Both the position numbers and the translations under genes were made by a program. Below the pieces are notes generated by a model. The model ran no database searches and was not told the origin of the DNA. It saw only the letters and a list, made by a program, of their open reading frames with translations. From contig NC_090970.1 in NCBI RefSeq assembly GCF_040807025.1, positions 709,359 to 773,358 on the forward strand: a DNA stretch of 64,000 nt, read 5' to 3'. This document shows positions 1 through 10,989 of this stretch, in pieces (within the stretch, counting starts at the first letter, position 1; every line of letters begins with the position of its first letter). This stretch comes from Struthio camelus. Its lineage: Eukaryota.

Positions 1-565
1 TCCTGCCCCACAGTGACCCCCACAGCGACCCCTCCTGCCCCAGAGCGACCTCCTGCCCCAGAGCGACCTCCTGCCCCACAGTGACCCCTCCTGCCCCACA
101 GCGACCCCCACAGCGACCTCCTGCCCCATAGCGACCCCTCCAGCCCCACAGCGACCCCCACAGTGACCCCTCCTGCCCCACAGCGACCCCTCCTGCCCCA
201 CAGTGACCCCCACAGCGACCCCTCCTGCCCCATAGCGACCCCTCCTGCCCCACAGTGACCCCTCCTGCCCCATAGCGACCCCTCCTGCCCAACAGCGACC
301 CCCACAGCGACCCCTCCTGCCCCATAGCGACCGCTCCTGCCCCATAGCGACCCCCACAGCGACCCCTCCTGCCCCACAGCGACATCCTGCCCCACAGCGA
401 CCCCCACAGCGACCCCCCCCGCCCCACAGCGACCCCCACAGGGAACCCTCCTGCCCCACAGCGCCCCCCCCCGCCCCACAGCGACCCCCACAGCGACCCC
501 CACAGGGAACCCCCCCGCCCCACAGCGCCCCCCGCCCCACAGCGGACCCCCCCCCCGGCCGCGGC
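1..565. repeat. 11/22-bp tandem repeat (CCCCACAGCGACC / CCTCCTGCCCCA), intronic, SLC12A6-like 3' side
   Basis: The period is directly visible in the sequence. The window starts inside the array. Confidence 0.85.
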
Positions 566-577
566 CGCCAGCCCCAC

Positions 578-774
578 CTTGTGCTGCCGCAGCAGGCAGG
601 GCAGCAGGGTGAGGACGCCGCCGTCGTGCACCACCCACCACACGTCCAGGCAGCCGCCGCCCTCGCCGTCGCCGGCCGCCGCGGCCCCGCCCCCGGCCCC
701 GCCCCCCGGCCACGCCCCGCAGCCCTTGGCCACCAGCAGGGCGCGCCCGGCCGCCGCCGCCGCCCGCACCAGCC
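578..774 (-). CDS. SLC12A6: SLC12A6-like (KCC3-type K-Cl cotransporter) exon; C-terminal cytoplasmic domain ...[18 protein letters not shown]..(GA-rich insert)..[25 protein letters not shown]
   Basis: Minus-strand translation matches the KCC block R-C-TTAAHLALLVPKN...[24 protein letters not shown]. Acceptor tgtcccccccccgcag at 775-790, donor AAG|GTGGGG at 577. Starts phase 1 (gg), consistent with the preceding exon ending in +g. Length 197 = 2 + 65 codons. Further 3' exons lie left of the window. Confidence 0.75.
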
Positions 775-789
775 CTGCGGGGGGGGGAC

Positions 790-2265
790 AGGAGCGCGGC
801 GGGTGTCAGCACCGCGCATGCGCCGAGCGCGGCGGGTGTCAGCACCGCGCGTGCGCCGAGCGCGGCGGGTCTCAGCACCGCGCGTGCGCCGAGCGCGGCG
901 GGTCTCAGCACCGCGCGTGCGCCGAGCGCGGCGGGTGTCAGCACCGCGCGTGCGCCGAGCGCGGCGGGTGTCAGCACCGCGCATGCGCCGAGCGCGGCGG
1001 GTGTCAGCACCGCGCATGCGCCGAGCGCGGCAGGTCTCAGCACCGCGCGTGCGCCGAGCGCGGCGGGTCTCAGCACCGCGCGTGCGCCGAGCGCGGCGGG
1101 TCTCAGCCCCCACACGTGCGCCGAGCGCGGCGGGTCTCAGCCCACACGTGCGCCGAGCGCGGCGGGTCTCAGCCCACACGTGCGCCGAGCGCGGCGGGTC
1201 TCAGCCCCACACGTGCGCCGAGCGCGGCAGGTCTCAGCCCCACACGAGCACCGAGCGCGGCGGGTCTCAGCCCCACACGTGCGCCGAGCGCGGCAGGTCT
1301 CAGCCCACACGAGCACCGAGCGCGGCGGGTCTCAGCCCCACGCGTGCGCCGAGCGCGGCAGGTCTCAGCCCCACACGTGCACCGAGCGCGGCAGGTCTCA
1401 GCCCACACGTGCACCGAGCGCGGCAGGTCTCAGCCCCCACACGTGCACCGAGCGCGGCGGGTCTCAGCCCCACACGTGCACTGAGCGCGGCAGGTCTCAG
1501 CCCCCACACGTGCACCGAGCGCGGCGGGTCTCAGCCCACACGTGCACCGAGCGCGGCGGGTCTCAGCCCCACGCGTGCGCCGAGCGCGGCAGGTCTCAGC
1601 CCCACACGTGCACCGAGCGCGGCAGGTCTCAGCCCACACGTGCACCGAGCGCGGCAGGTCTCAGCCCCCACACGTGCGCCGAGCGCGGCGGGTCTCAGCC
1701 CCACACGAGCGCCGAGCGCGGCAGGTCTCAGCCCCACACGTGCACCGAGCGCGGCAGGTCTCAGCCCCACACGAGCACCGAGCGCGGCGGGTCTCAGCCC
1801 CACACGTGCGCCGAGCGCGGCGGGTCTCAGCCCCACACGAGCACCGAGCGCGGCGGGTCTCAGCCCCACACGAGCGCCGAGCGCGGCAGGTCTCAGCCCC
1901 ACACGAGCGCCGAGCGCGGCAGGTCTCAGCCCCACACGTGCACCGAGCGCGGCGGGTCTCAGCCCCACGCGTGCACCGAGCGCGGCAGGTCTCAGCCCCA
2001 CACGAGCACCGAGCGCGGCGGGTCTCAGCCCCACACGTGCGCCGAGCGCGGCGGGTCTCAGCCCCACACGAGCGCCGAGCGCGGCGGGTCTCAGCCCCAC
2101 GCGTGCACCGAACGTGTCCGTCCTCAGCCCCGTGCGTGCACCGAGCGCGCCCGTCCTCGACCCCCGGCCCCACGCGCGCCCCGAGCGCGCCCGTCCTCGA
2201 CCCCCGGCCCCACGCGCGCCCCGAGCGCGCCCGGCCTCGGCCCCCCGGCCCCCCCGGCGCCCCGG
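790..2265. repeat. 33-bp tandem repeat (TGTCAGCACCGCGCATGCGCCGAGCGCGGCGGG, drifting to CAGGTCTCAGCCCCACACGTG variants), about 44 copies, intron between the two 3'-most SLC12A6-like exons
   Basis: The period is directly visible. The first 9-10 units carry the NRF1 palindrome GCGCATGCGC. Confidence 0.85.
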
Positions 2266-2270
2266 CTCAC

Positions 2271-2463
2271 CGACGAAGGTGCGGGCGGGCCGCGCGTCGC
2301 CCCGCCGCCAGCCCCGGGGCCAGCCCAGCAGCAGCGTGTTGGGCCGCAGCGCCCCCAGGCCGCAGCCCTGCACCAGCTGCGCCAGCCCCTCGGCCGCCCG
2401 CGGCGCCACCACCGCCTGCGCGAAGCCCCGCAGCCCGGCCGCCGCCATCCGCCGCCGCAGCTC
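2271..2463 (-). CDS. SLC12A6: SLC12A6-like exon: ELRRRMAAAGLRGFAQAVVAPRAAEGLAQLVQGCGLGALRPNTLLLGWPRGWRRGDARPARTFV
   Basis: Aligns residue-for-residue with KCC [65 protein letters not shown]. Donor G|GTGAG at 2270. The acceptor cag at 2464-2466 has a weak, G-rich upstream tract. Phase 0 in, phase 1 out. 193 nt = 64 codons + 1. Confidence 0.8.
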
Positions 2464-2499
2464 CTGCCCCCCCGGCCCCGGGCAGCGCCGTCAGCCACG

Positions 2500-4615
2500 G
2501 CGGGCCCAGGCGTCCGGGGCACGGGCAGGGGGGCCCAGGCGTCCGGGAAGGGGCCCAGGTGTCCGGGAGGGAGGGGCCCAGGTGTCCGGGGAGAGGGGCC
2601 CCGGCGTCCGGGGAAGGGGCCCAGGCGTCCGGGGAGGGGGCCCAGGTGTCCGGGGGGGGCCCAGGTGTCCGGGGAGGGGGCCCAGGTGTCCGGGGGAGGG
2701 GCCCAGGCGTCTGGGAAGGGGCCCAGGTGTCCGGGGAAGGGGCCCAGGCGTCCAGGAAGGGTCCCAGGTGTCCGGGAGGGGCCCAGGTGTCCGGGGCAGG
2801 GGCCCAGGCATCCGGGGAAGGGGCCCAGGCGTCCGGGGAGGGGCCCAGGTGTCCGGGGCAGGGACCCAGGTGTCCGGGGAGGGGGCCCAGGTGTCCGGGG
2901 GAGGGGCCCAGGCGTCCGGGGAGGGGCCCAGGGGTCCGGGGCAGGGACCCAGGTGTCCGGGGAAGGGGCCCAGGCATCCGGGGGAGGGACCCAGGCGTCT
3001 GGGAAGGGGCCCAGGTGTCCCGGGAGGGGCCCAGGCATCCGGGAAGGGGCCCAGGTGTCTGGGGAAGGGGCCCAGGTGTCCGGGGAGGGGCCCAGGCGTC
3101 CGGGTGAGGGGCCCAGGTGTCAGGGGAGGGACCCAGGTGTCCGGGGCAGGGACCCAGGTGTCCGGGGGAGGGGCCCAGGCGTCCGGGGCAGGGGCCCAGG
3201 CGTCCGGGGAGGGACCCAGGCGTCCGGGAAAGGGGCCCAGGCGTCCGGGGCAGGGGCCCAGGTGTCCGGGGCAGGGGCCCAGGCGTCCGGGGGAGGGGCC
3301 CAGGCGTCCGGGGAGAGGGGCCCCGGCGTCCGGGGAAGGGGCCCAGGCGTCCGGGGAGGGGGCCCAGGTGTCCAGGGGGGGCCCAGGTGTCCGGGGAGGG
3401 GGCCCAGGTGTCCGGGGGAGGGACCCAGGCGTCTGGGAAGGGGCCCAGGTGTCCGGGGAAGGGGCCCAGGCGTCCAGGAAGGGTCCCAGGTGTCCAGGGA
3501 AGGGGCCCAGGTGTCCGGGGCAGGGGCCCAGGCATCCGGGGAGGGGGCCCAGGCGTCCGGGGAGGGGCCCAGGTGTCCGGGGCAGGGACCCAGGTGTCCG
3601 GGGAAGGGGCCCAGGCGTCCGGGGGAGGGGCCCAGGCGTCTGGGAAGGGGCCCAGGTGTCCGGGGAGGGGCCCAGGCGTCCGGGCAAGGGACCCAGGCGT
3701 CCGGGGGAAGGGGCCCAGGAGTCCGGGGGAGGGGCCCAGGCATCCAGGGGAGGGGCCCAGGCATCCGGGGGAGGGGCCCAGGCGTCCGGGGGAGGGGCCC
3801 AGGCATCCGGGGGAGGGGCCCAGGCGTCCGGGGGAGGGGCCCAGGTGTCCGGGGGAGGGGCCCAGGCATCCAGGGGAGGGGCCCAGGCATCCGGGGGAGG
3901 GGCCCAGGCATCCGGGGGAGGGGCCCAGGCGTCCGGGGCAGGGGCCCAGGCGTCCGGGGAGGGACCCAGGCGTCCGGGGGAGGGGCCCAGGCGTCCGGGG
4001 CAGGGGCCCAGGTGTCCGGGGCAGGGGCCCAGGCGTCAGGGGAGGGACCCAGGTGTCCGGGGGAGGGGCCCAGGCGTCCGGGGAAGGGACACAGGCGTCC
4101 AGGGAGGGGCCCAGGTGTCCGGGACAGGGACCCAGGTGTCCGGGGAAGGGGCCCAGGCATCCGGGGGAGGGACTCAGGCGTCTGGGAAGGGGCCCAGGTG
4201 TCCCGGGAGGGGCCTAGGCATCTGGGAAGGGGCCCAGGTGTCTGGGGAAGGGGCCCAGGTGTCCGGGGAGGGGCTCAGGTGTCCGGGGAAGGGGCCCAGG
4301 CGTCCGGGGGAGGGACCCAGGCGTCTGGGAAGGGGCCCAGGTGTCCGGGAAGGGGGGCCCAGGCGTCCGGGGAAGGGGCCCAGGCGTCCGGGGGAGGGGC
4401 CCAGGCGTCCAGGGAGGGGCCCAGGTGTCCGGGGCAGGGGCCCAGGCGTCCGGGGGAGGGGCCCAGGCGTCCAGGGAGGGGCCCAGGTGTCCGGGGCAGG
4501 GGCCCAGGCGTCCAGGGAAGGGGCCCAGGTGTCCGGGGCAGGGGCCCAGGCGTCCAGGGAAGGGGCCCAGGTGTCCGGGGCAGGGGCCCAGGCGTCCGGG
4601 GCAGGGTCCCAGGCG
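2500..4615. repeat. 18-bp satellite family, plus-strand orientation GGGGCCCAGGCGTCCGGG (reverse complement of the major form), intronic
   Basis: About 115 units of roughly 18 bp. It yields collagen-like artefact ORFs in several frames. Confidence 0.9.
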
Positions 4616-4632
4616 TCCGGGGGCAGACGCAC

Positions 4633-4801
4633 CTGCTCGGCGGCCCGCGCCTGCTCGTGGGCCTCCAGGAAGTCGCCGGGGATGACGGAGGCGACGACGG
4701 TGAGGCCTCCGGCCGCCTTGAGCTGGGCGGCCACCGACAGCAGCCAGGGCTGCTTCACCCGCAGCTCCTCGTCCAGCTTGAGCAGCACCAGCAGCTGCGG
4801 C
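4633..4801 (-). CDS. SLC12A6: SLC12A6-like exon: (R)[56 protein letters not shown]
   Basis: Near-identical in pattern to [62 protein letters not shown]. Acceptor cccctccgcgcag, donor CAG|GTGCGT. 169 nt = 1 + 56 codons. Confidence 0.9.
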
Positions 4802-4891
4802 CTGCGCGGAGGGGCCCAGGCGTCCGGGAAGGCCCCGCAAGTTAAGCGAGGGGCGCGCGAGCACGGGGCCCAGGCGTCCGGGCGCGCTCAC

Positions 4892-4996
4892 CTCCAGTTC
4901 TTGCTGTACTGCGGCGCCTCCTCCAGCCGCAGCAGGGCGAAGTGGGCGGCGCTCAGCGACAGCCCCCGCAGCCCGTCCCCCCACTCCTTCTCCGCC
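4892..4996 (-). CDS. SLC12A6: SLC12A6-like exon: (G)[34 protein letters not shown](R)
   Basis: Matches [38 protein letters not shown]. Acceptor ccctttcccggcag, donor AG|GTGAGC. The stop seen in the ORF track at 4888 is intronic. 105 nt = 1 + 34 codons + 2. Confidence 0.9.
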
Positions 4997-5039
4997 CTGC
5001 CGGGAAAGGGCCCAGGCGTCCGGGTGGGGCCGAGACGGC

Positions 5040-5780
5040 TGAGTCGATAGGCACCCACGCACCCGGGGCGAGAGGGACCCAGGCGTCCGGGGAGGGGCCC
5101 AGGCGTCCGGGGAGGGGCCCAGGTGTCCGGGGAAGGGCCCAGGTGTCCGGGGAGGGACCCAGGCGTCCGGGAAGGGGCCCAGGTATCCGGGGAGGGGGCC
5201 CAGGTGTCCGGGGAGGGGGCCCAGGCGTCCGGGCAAGGGGCCCAGGTGTCCGGGGAAGGGCCCAGGCGTCCGGGGAAGGGGCCCAGGCGTCTGGAGAAGG
5301 GGCCCAGGAGTTCGGGGAAGGGGCCCAGGTGTCTGGGGAGGGGCCCAGGTGTCCAGGAAACGGGGCCCAGGCATCCGGAGGAGGGGGCCCAGGTGTCCGG
5401 GGCAGGGGCCCAGGTGTCCGGGGAGGGGCCCAAGCGTCCGGGGAGGGACCCAGGTGTCCGGGGAGGGGCCCAGGTGTCCGGGGAGGGGCCCAGGCATCCG
5501 GGGAGGGGGCCCAGGTGTCCGGGAGGGGGCCAAGTGTCTGGGGAAGGGACCCAGGCATCCAGGGAGGGGCCCAGGAGTCCGGAGAAGGGCCTGGGTGTCC
5601 GGGGGGCCCAGGCATCCGGGGAGGGGCCCAGGTGTCTGGGGAAGGGACCCAGGCGTCCAGGGAGGGGCCCCAGCATCCGGGGAAGGAGACCCAGGTATGC
5701 AGGGAAGGGACTTCAGCTGTCCAGGGAAGGGGCCCAGGTGTCCGGGAGGGACCCAGGTGTCCGGGGCAGGGGCCCAGGCG
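5040..5780. repeat. 18-bp satellite family (GGGCCCAGGCGTCCGG orientation), intronic
   Basis: Same unit as 2500-4615. Confidence 0.85.
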
Positions 5781-5790
5781 TCCGGCTCAC

Positions 5791-5910
5791 CCCTGGTACT
5801 CGATGTACTTGTAGACGGTGCCGGCGATGCCCAGGGCGATGGCGGCGCACGACCACGACGCGATGAACATGAGCACCAGGCACAACCCCGCTCCCGCCAG
5901 CGACAGCCCC
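5791..5910 (-). CDS. SLC12A6: SLC12A6-like exon (TM12): (W)[39 protein letters not shown](G)
   Basis: Matches [45 protein letters not shown]. Donor GG|GTGAGC. 120 nt, phases 2 -> 2. Confidence 0.9.
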
Positions 5911-5999
5911 CTGCGGGCACCCAGGCGTCCGGGAGGGGCCCAGGCATCCGGGCAAGGGGGACCCAGGCGTCCGGGAGGGGCCCAGGCGTCCGGGCTCAC

Positions 6000-6098
6000 C
6001 AGTGGTAGTAGGGCAGCCGGGGCCGCCAGGTCGGGGTGCGCAGGAGGCTCTGCAGGGCACACGCCAAGTTCACGGCCAGGTAACACGTCAGCAGGAAC
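6000..6098 (-). CDS. SLC12A6: SLC12A6-like exon: (V)[32 protein letters not shown](W)
   Basis: Matches KCC [34 protein letters not shown]. Acceptor cctgttctccccccactgacag, donor TG|GTGAGC. 99 nt. Confidence 0.9.
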
Positions 6099-6119
6099 CT
6101 GTCAGTGGGGGGAGAACAG

Positions 6120-9100
6120 GCCCGTGTTGACCCGTGTTGACCCACGTTGACTTGTGTTGAGTCACGTTGACTCATCTTAGCCCATGTTGACCCCTACTGA
6201 CCCCGTATAGACTTATGTTGGCCCATGTTGACTCTTGTTGACCCGTGTTGGCATGTGCTGACCCACATTGACCCATGTCGACCTCCGCTGACTGACGCTG
6301 AGCCCTCTTGACTCTCGTTGCACCATGCTGACTTGCGTAGACCCGTGTTGACCCGTGTTCACCCATGTTGAGTCACGTCGACTCATCTTAGCCCATGTTG
6401 ACCCTCTATAAACTCATGTTGACCCATGTTGATGCTTGTTGACCCACATTGACTCTTGTTGACCCGTGTTGGCATGTGCTGACCCACGTTGACCCACGTT
6501 GACTGACGCTGAGCCCTCTTGACTCTCGTTGCACCATGCTGACTCGCGTAGACCCGTGTTGACCCGTGTTGACCCACGTTGAGTCATGTCGACTCATCTT
6601 AGCCCATGTTGACCCCCTACAAACTCATTGTTGACCCATGTTGATGCTCGTTGACCCACGTTGGCCCATGTTGACTCTCCTTCACCTGTGTTGGCTCGCG
6701 TTGGCACGTGCTGACCCACGTTGACCCATGTCAACCACCGCTGACTGACGCTGAGCCCTCTTGACTCTCGTTGTGCCATGCTGACTCGCATACACCCGTG
6801 TTGACATGTGTCGGCACGTGTTGACCCATGTTCACTAGCTTTGAGGCAGCTTGTTGCACGGTGACTCGCGTTGGCCTATGTTGACCTGCGTTGAGCTGCG
6901 CTGACCCACGTTGACTCTTGTTCATCCAAGTTGACCCGTGCTGACTCACGTTGACCCCTGTTGATGCGTGTTGATATGTATTGACTCGCGTTGACCCATC
7001 TTGATGTGCGCTGGCCCACGATGGCCACTGCTGACCCATGGTGATGTGTCTTGGCGCGCATTGTTCACTCACGCTGACCTGTGTTGAGCCATGTTGACTT
7101 GTGTTGGCCCCTGCTGACCTGTGTGAGCTGCGCTGACCCAAGTCCACCCATGTTGACTTGTGTTGAGTCATGTTGATCTATGTTGAGTCATGTAGTTCAC
7201 TCACGTTGATCTGTCTTGAGGTGCATTGACCCATGTTGACGCTCGTTGCCCCACGTTGGCCCACAATGACTCTCGTTCACCTGTGTTGGCTCGCGTTGGC
7301 ATGTGCTGACCCACGTTGACCCATGTCGGCCTCCGCTGACTGACGCTGAGCCCTCTTGACTCTCGTTGCACCATGCTGACTCGCGTAGACCCGTGTTGAC
7401 CCGTGTTGACCCATGTTGAGTCACGTCGACTCATCTTAGCCCATGTTGACCCTCTATAAACTCATGTTGACCCATGTTGACGCTCGTTGACCCATGTTGA
7501 CTCTTGTTGACCTGTGTTGGCATGTGCTGACCCACGTTGACCTCCGCTGACTGACGCTGAGCCCTCTTGACTCTCGTTGCACCATGATGACTCGCGTAGA
7601 CCCGTGTTGACCCGTGTTGACCCACGTTGAGTCACGCCGACTCATCTTAGCCCATGTTGACCCTCTATAAACTCATTGTTGACCCATGTTGATGCTTGTT
7701 GACCCACGTTGGCCCATGTTGACTCTCCTTCACCTGTGTTGGCTCGTGTTGGCACATGTGCTGACCCACGTTGACCCATGTCGGCCTCCGCTGACTGACG
7801 CTGAGCCCTCTTGACTCTCGTTGCACCATGATGACTCGCGTAGACCCGTGTTGACCCGTGTTGACACATGTTGAGTCATGTCGACTCATCTTAGCCCGTG
7901 TTGACCCCTTATAAACTCATGTTGAACCATGTTGACGCTTGTTGGCCCATGTTGACTCTTGTTGACCTGTGTTAGCATGTGCTGACCCACGTTGACCCAT
8001 GTCGACCTCCGCTGACTGACGCTGAGCCCTCTTGACTCTCGTTGCACCATGATGACTCGCGTAGACCCGTGTTGACCCGTGTTCACCCATGTTGAGTCAT
8101 GTCGACTCATCTTAGCCCATGTTGACCCCCTATAAACTCATGTTGAACCATGTTGACGCTCGTTGACCCATGTTGACTCTTGTTGACCCGTGTTGGCATG
8201 TGCTGACCCACATTGACCCATGTCGACCTCTGCTGACTGACACTGAGCCCTCTTGACTCTCGTTGCACCATGATGACTCGCGTAGACCCGTGTTGACCCG
8301 TGTTCACCCATGTTGAGTCATGTCGACTCATCTTAGCCCATGTTGACCCCCTATAAACTCATGTTGAACCATGTTGACGCTCGTTGACCCATGTTGACTC
8401 TTGTTGACCCGTGTTGGCATGTGCTGACCCACATTGACCCATGTCGACCTCTGCTGACTGACACTGAGCCCTCTTGACTCTCGTTGCACCATGCTGACTC
8501 GCGTAGACCCGTGTTGACCCATGTTGAGTCATGTCGACTCATCTTAGCCCATGTTGACCCCCTATAAACTCATGTTGACCCATGTTGATGCTCGTTGACC
8601 CACGTTGGCCCATGTTGACTCTCTTTCACCTGTGTTGGCTCATGTTGGCATGTGCTGACCCACGATGACCCATATCAACCTCCGTTGACTGACGCTGAGC
8701 CCTCTTGACTCTCGTTGCACCATGCTGACTCGCGTAGACCCCTGTTGACCCGTGTTGACCCATGTTGAGTCACGTCGACTCATCTTAGCCCATGTTGACC
8801 CTCTATAAACTCATGTTGACCCATGTTGACGCTCGTTGACCCATGTTGACTCTTGTTGACCCGTGTTGGAATGTGCTGACCCACGTTGACCCATGTCGAC
8901 CTCCGCTGACTGACGCTGAGCCCTATTGACTCTCGTTGTGCCATGCTGACTCGCGTAGACCTGTGTTGATGCATGTTGGCACGTGTTAACCCATGTTCAC
9001 TTGCGCCGAGCACCGTTGACCCAGCTTGTTCCATGTTGACTCATGTTGACCTGCGCCGGCCCACGTTGACTCTTGTTCATCCAAGTTGACCCACGTTGAT

Positions 9101-10040
9101 GCATGTTGGTATGTGTTGACTCAGCTTCGCGTGCGCTGGCCCACGTTGGCTGCTGCTGACCCACGTCGACATGTCTTGACGCACGTTGACCACTGTTGAG
9201 CCATGCTGGCTCCTGCTGACCTGTGTGAGCTGCGGTGACCCGAGTCCACCCGTGTTGACTCATGTTGAGCTTGCTGACCCATGTTCACTCACGTTGATCT
9301 GTCTTGAGGCACACTGTCCCATGTTGACTCTTGTTGAGTCACGTTGGGCCGTGTTGACTTGTGTTGATGTGTGTTGGCCCGTGTTGACTGGTGTTGGTCC
9401 CTGTTGACCTATGCTGACCCATACTGACTCTTGTAGACCCACGTTGACCCAGGTTGACTCACGTTGACTCATACTGACCAGCGTTGATGTGTGTTGGGCC
9501 ACGTTGACTCCTCTTGAGCACAGCTGACCCACGTTGGCTTGTGTTGACCCACGTTGAGTCGTGTTGACCCGTGTCGGCTCACGTCAATTCATGCTGACCT
9601 GTCTTCACCCACATTGACTTGTCTTGTCCCGTGTTGACTTGCGTTGACTGGTGCTGACCCTTGTTGACCCCCTATTGAGCTGAGCTCACCCGTGTTGACC
9701 CACTTTGAACCACGTTGACTCCTGTCACTCCGTGTTGGCCCGTGTTGACTCACGTTGAGCTGTACTGACCCGTGTTGGCCCATGCTCGCTCCTGTTGACC
9801 CGTGAGGGGCTGTGTCGACTCGTGTTGACGCATGTTGACGTGTGTTGGCTCACGTTGACTCATGTCGACCAGTGTTGACCCATGTTGTTCCACGCTGACC
9901 CAGGTTGACTCGCGTTGACCCACGTGTGCACGTACAGCTCCCTTTCGGCTTATGCTGACACGTGTTGAATCGTGTTAACCCGTGTTGGCGCGTGTCAGCC
10001 TGTGTTGACCCTGATAGACTCCTTTTGACTTCTGCGGACT
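6120..10040. repeat. GTTGAC decamer-based satellite (YNCGTGTTGACCCR subunits of about 10-11 bp) organised in a 211-221-bp higher-order repeat. About 3.9 kb, filling one SLC12A6-like intron.
   Basis: Small minus-strand ORFs recur with 211-221-bp spacing (6172, 6383, 6594 ... 8328). It is A/T-richer than its surroundings. Confidence 0.85.
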
Positions 10041-10128
10041 CATATTGACCCGTGTTGATCCGCGTCACCCGATCCATTGCCCTCCTCACGTACCCGCACC
10101 CCCACCAACACGCGTGCACCCCACGTAC

Positions 10129-10247
10129 ACGGAGAAGATGGGCGCCACGAGGTCAAGGGAGGCCATGAGAACGCCCAGCTCGGAGATGGTGGCCGTCAAC
10201 GCCAGGGCCCAGACGGGCTCCCGGCCGTCCTCGCCAGGCGCCAGCAC
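10129..10247 (-). CDS. SLC12A6: SLC12A6-like exon (TM11): VLAPGEDGREPVWALALTATISELGVLMASLDLVAPIFS(V)
   Basis: Matches KCC [40 protein letters not shown]. Acceptor tgtccttcctccgcag, donor GT|GTACGT. The end coordinate was verified against the stop position of ORF-track entry 10086..10586. 119 nt. Confidence 0.9.
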
Positions 10248-10259
10248 CTGCGGAGGAAG

Positions 10260-10700
10260 GACACGCCACAACACGCTAAGGAGGAGGTGGAAGCGCGCCA
10301 CCCCGTGCCCTAAGATGCCATAACGTGCAGTGAAATGCAACAACACGTGACAACACGCAAGTGGCGGGGGAGGGCGGCGGGATGGTCCCCGTGCAACTGC
10401 GTGGCCTAAAATACTGTCAAGAATCCTAAAAGGTGGTGAAAGGCCACAACACGCGATAACACGCAGTAACACGCTAAGAGCAGAAGGGGTGGGGGAGGGC
10501 GTTAGAGCGCTCCTCACGCAACGATGGGTCCTAAAAGGCCCTAAAAAGCCCTCAAAGGCCCCCAAAACCCCCAAAGGCCCCAACACGTGATAACACGTGA
10601 TAACACGCTAAGACTGGAACCGGTAGGGGAGGGCGGCGGCACGTTCCCCATGCAACGCCATGGCCTAAAACACTCCAGAACCGCCTCGAACCGCCCCAAA
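10260..10700. repeat. About 180-bp tandem repeat rich in AACACG (…CAACACGTGATAACACGCTAAG…), 2-3 copies, intronic
   Basis: Direct visual repeats at about 10290, 10470 and 10600. Confidence 0.6.
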
Positions 10701-10759
10701 ATGCCCCCCACCGAGGCCCCCGGCGGGCGGTGCCGGGGGCCGACACGCGTGTGGCTCAC

Positions 10760-10934
10760 GTGGAGGCCGGGCAGGGCGCGGAGGCGCGCCAGGGCCCGCA
10801 GCTGCCCGGGGCCGGTGGCCAGGCAGCGCAGGCCGCCCCCGATGGCGGCCAAGGCGGCCCCGATCACGGCCACCACCGGCGAGGGCCAGGTCAGCGTCCC
10901 CAGCGACGGCGTCCCCCGCAGCGCCGCCCCGAAC
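10760..10934 (-). CDS. SLC12A6: SLC12A6-like exon (TM10): (K)FGAALRGTPSLGTLTWPSPVVAVIGAALAAIGGGLRCLATGPGQLRALARLRALPGLH
   Basis: Matches KCC [59 protein letters not shown] with the same spacing. Acceptor tccccacacgtgttccccggcag, donor CAC|GTGAGC. 175 nt. Confidence 0.85.
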
Positions 10935-10989
10935 CTGCCGGGGAACACGTGTGGGGACACGCGTGTGTGGCAGGCACACGCTGCGGACG

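Noticed and set aside
6120-10040. Dozens of 60-90-aa minus-strand ORFs with the repeated peptide MSRHDSTWVNTGQHGSTRV... could be read as a paralogous small-protein family
   Set aside because: They recur with the exact 211-221-bp period of the GTTGAC satellite and have no start or stop context beyond the repeat. They are artefacts of the satellite phase.
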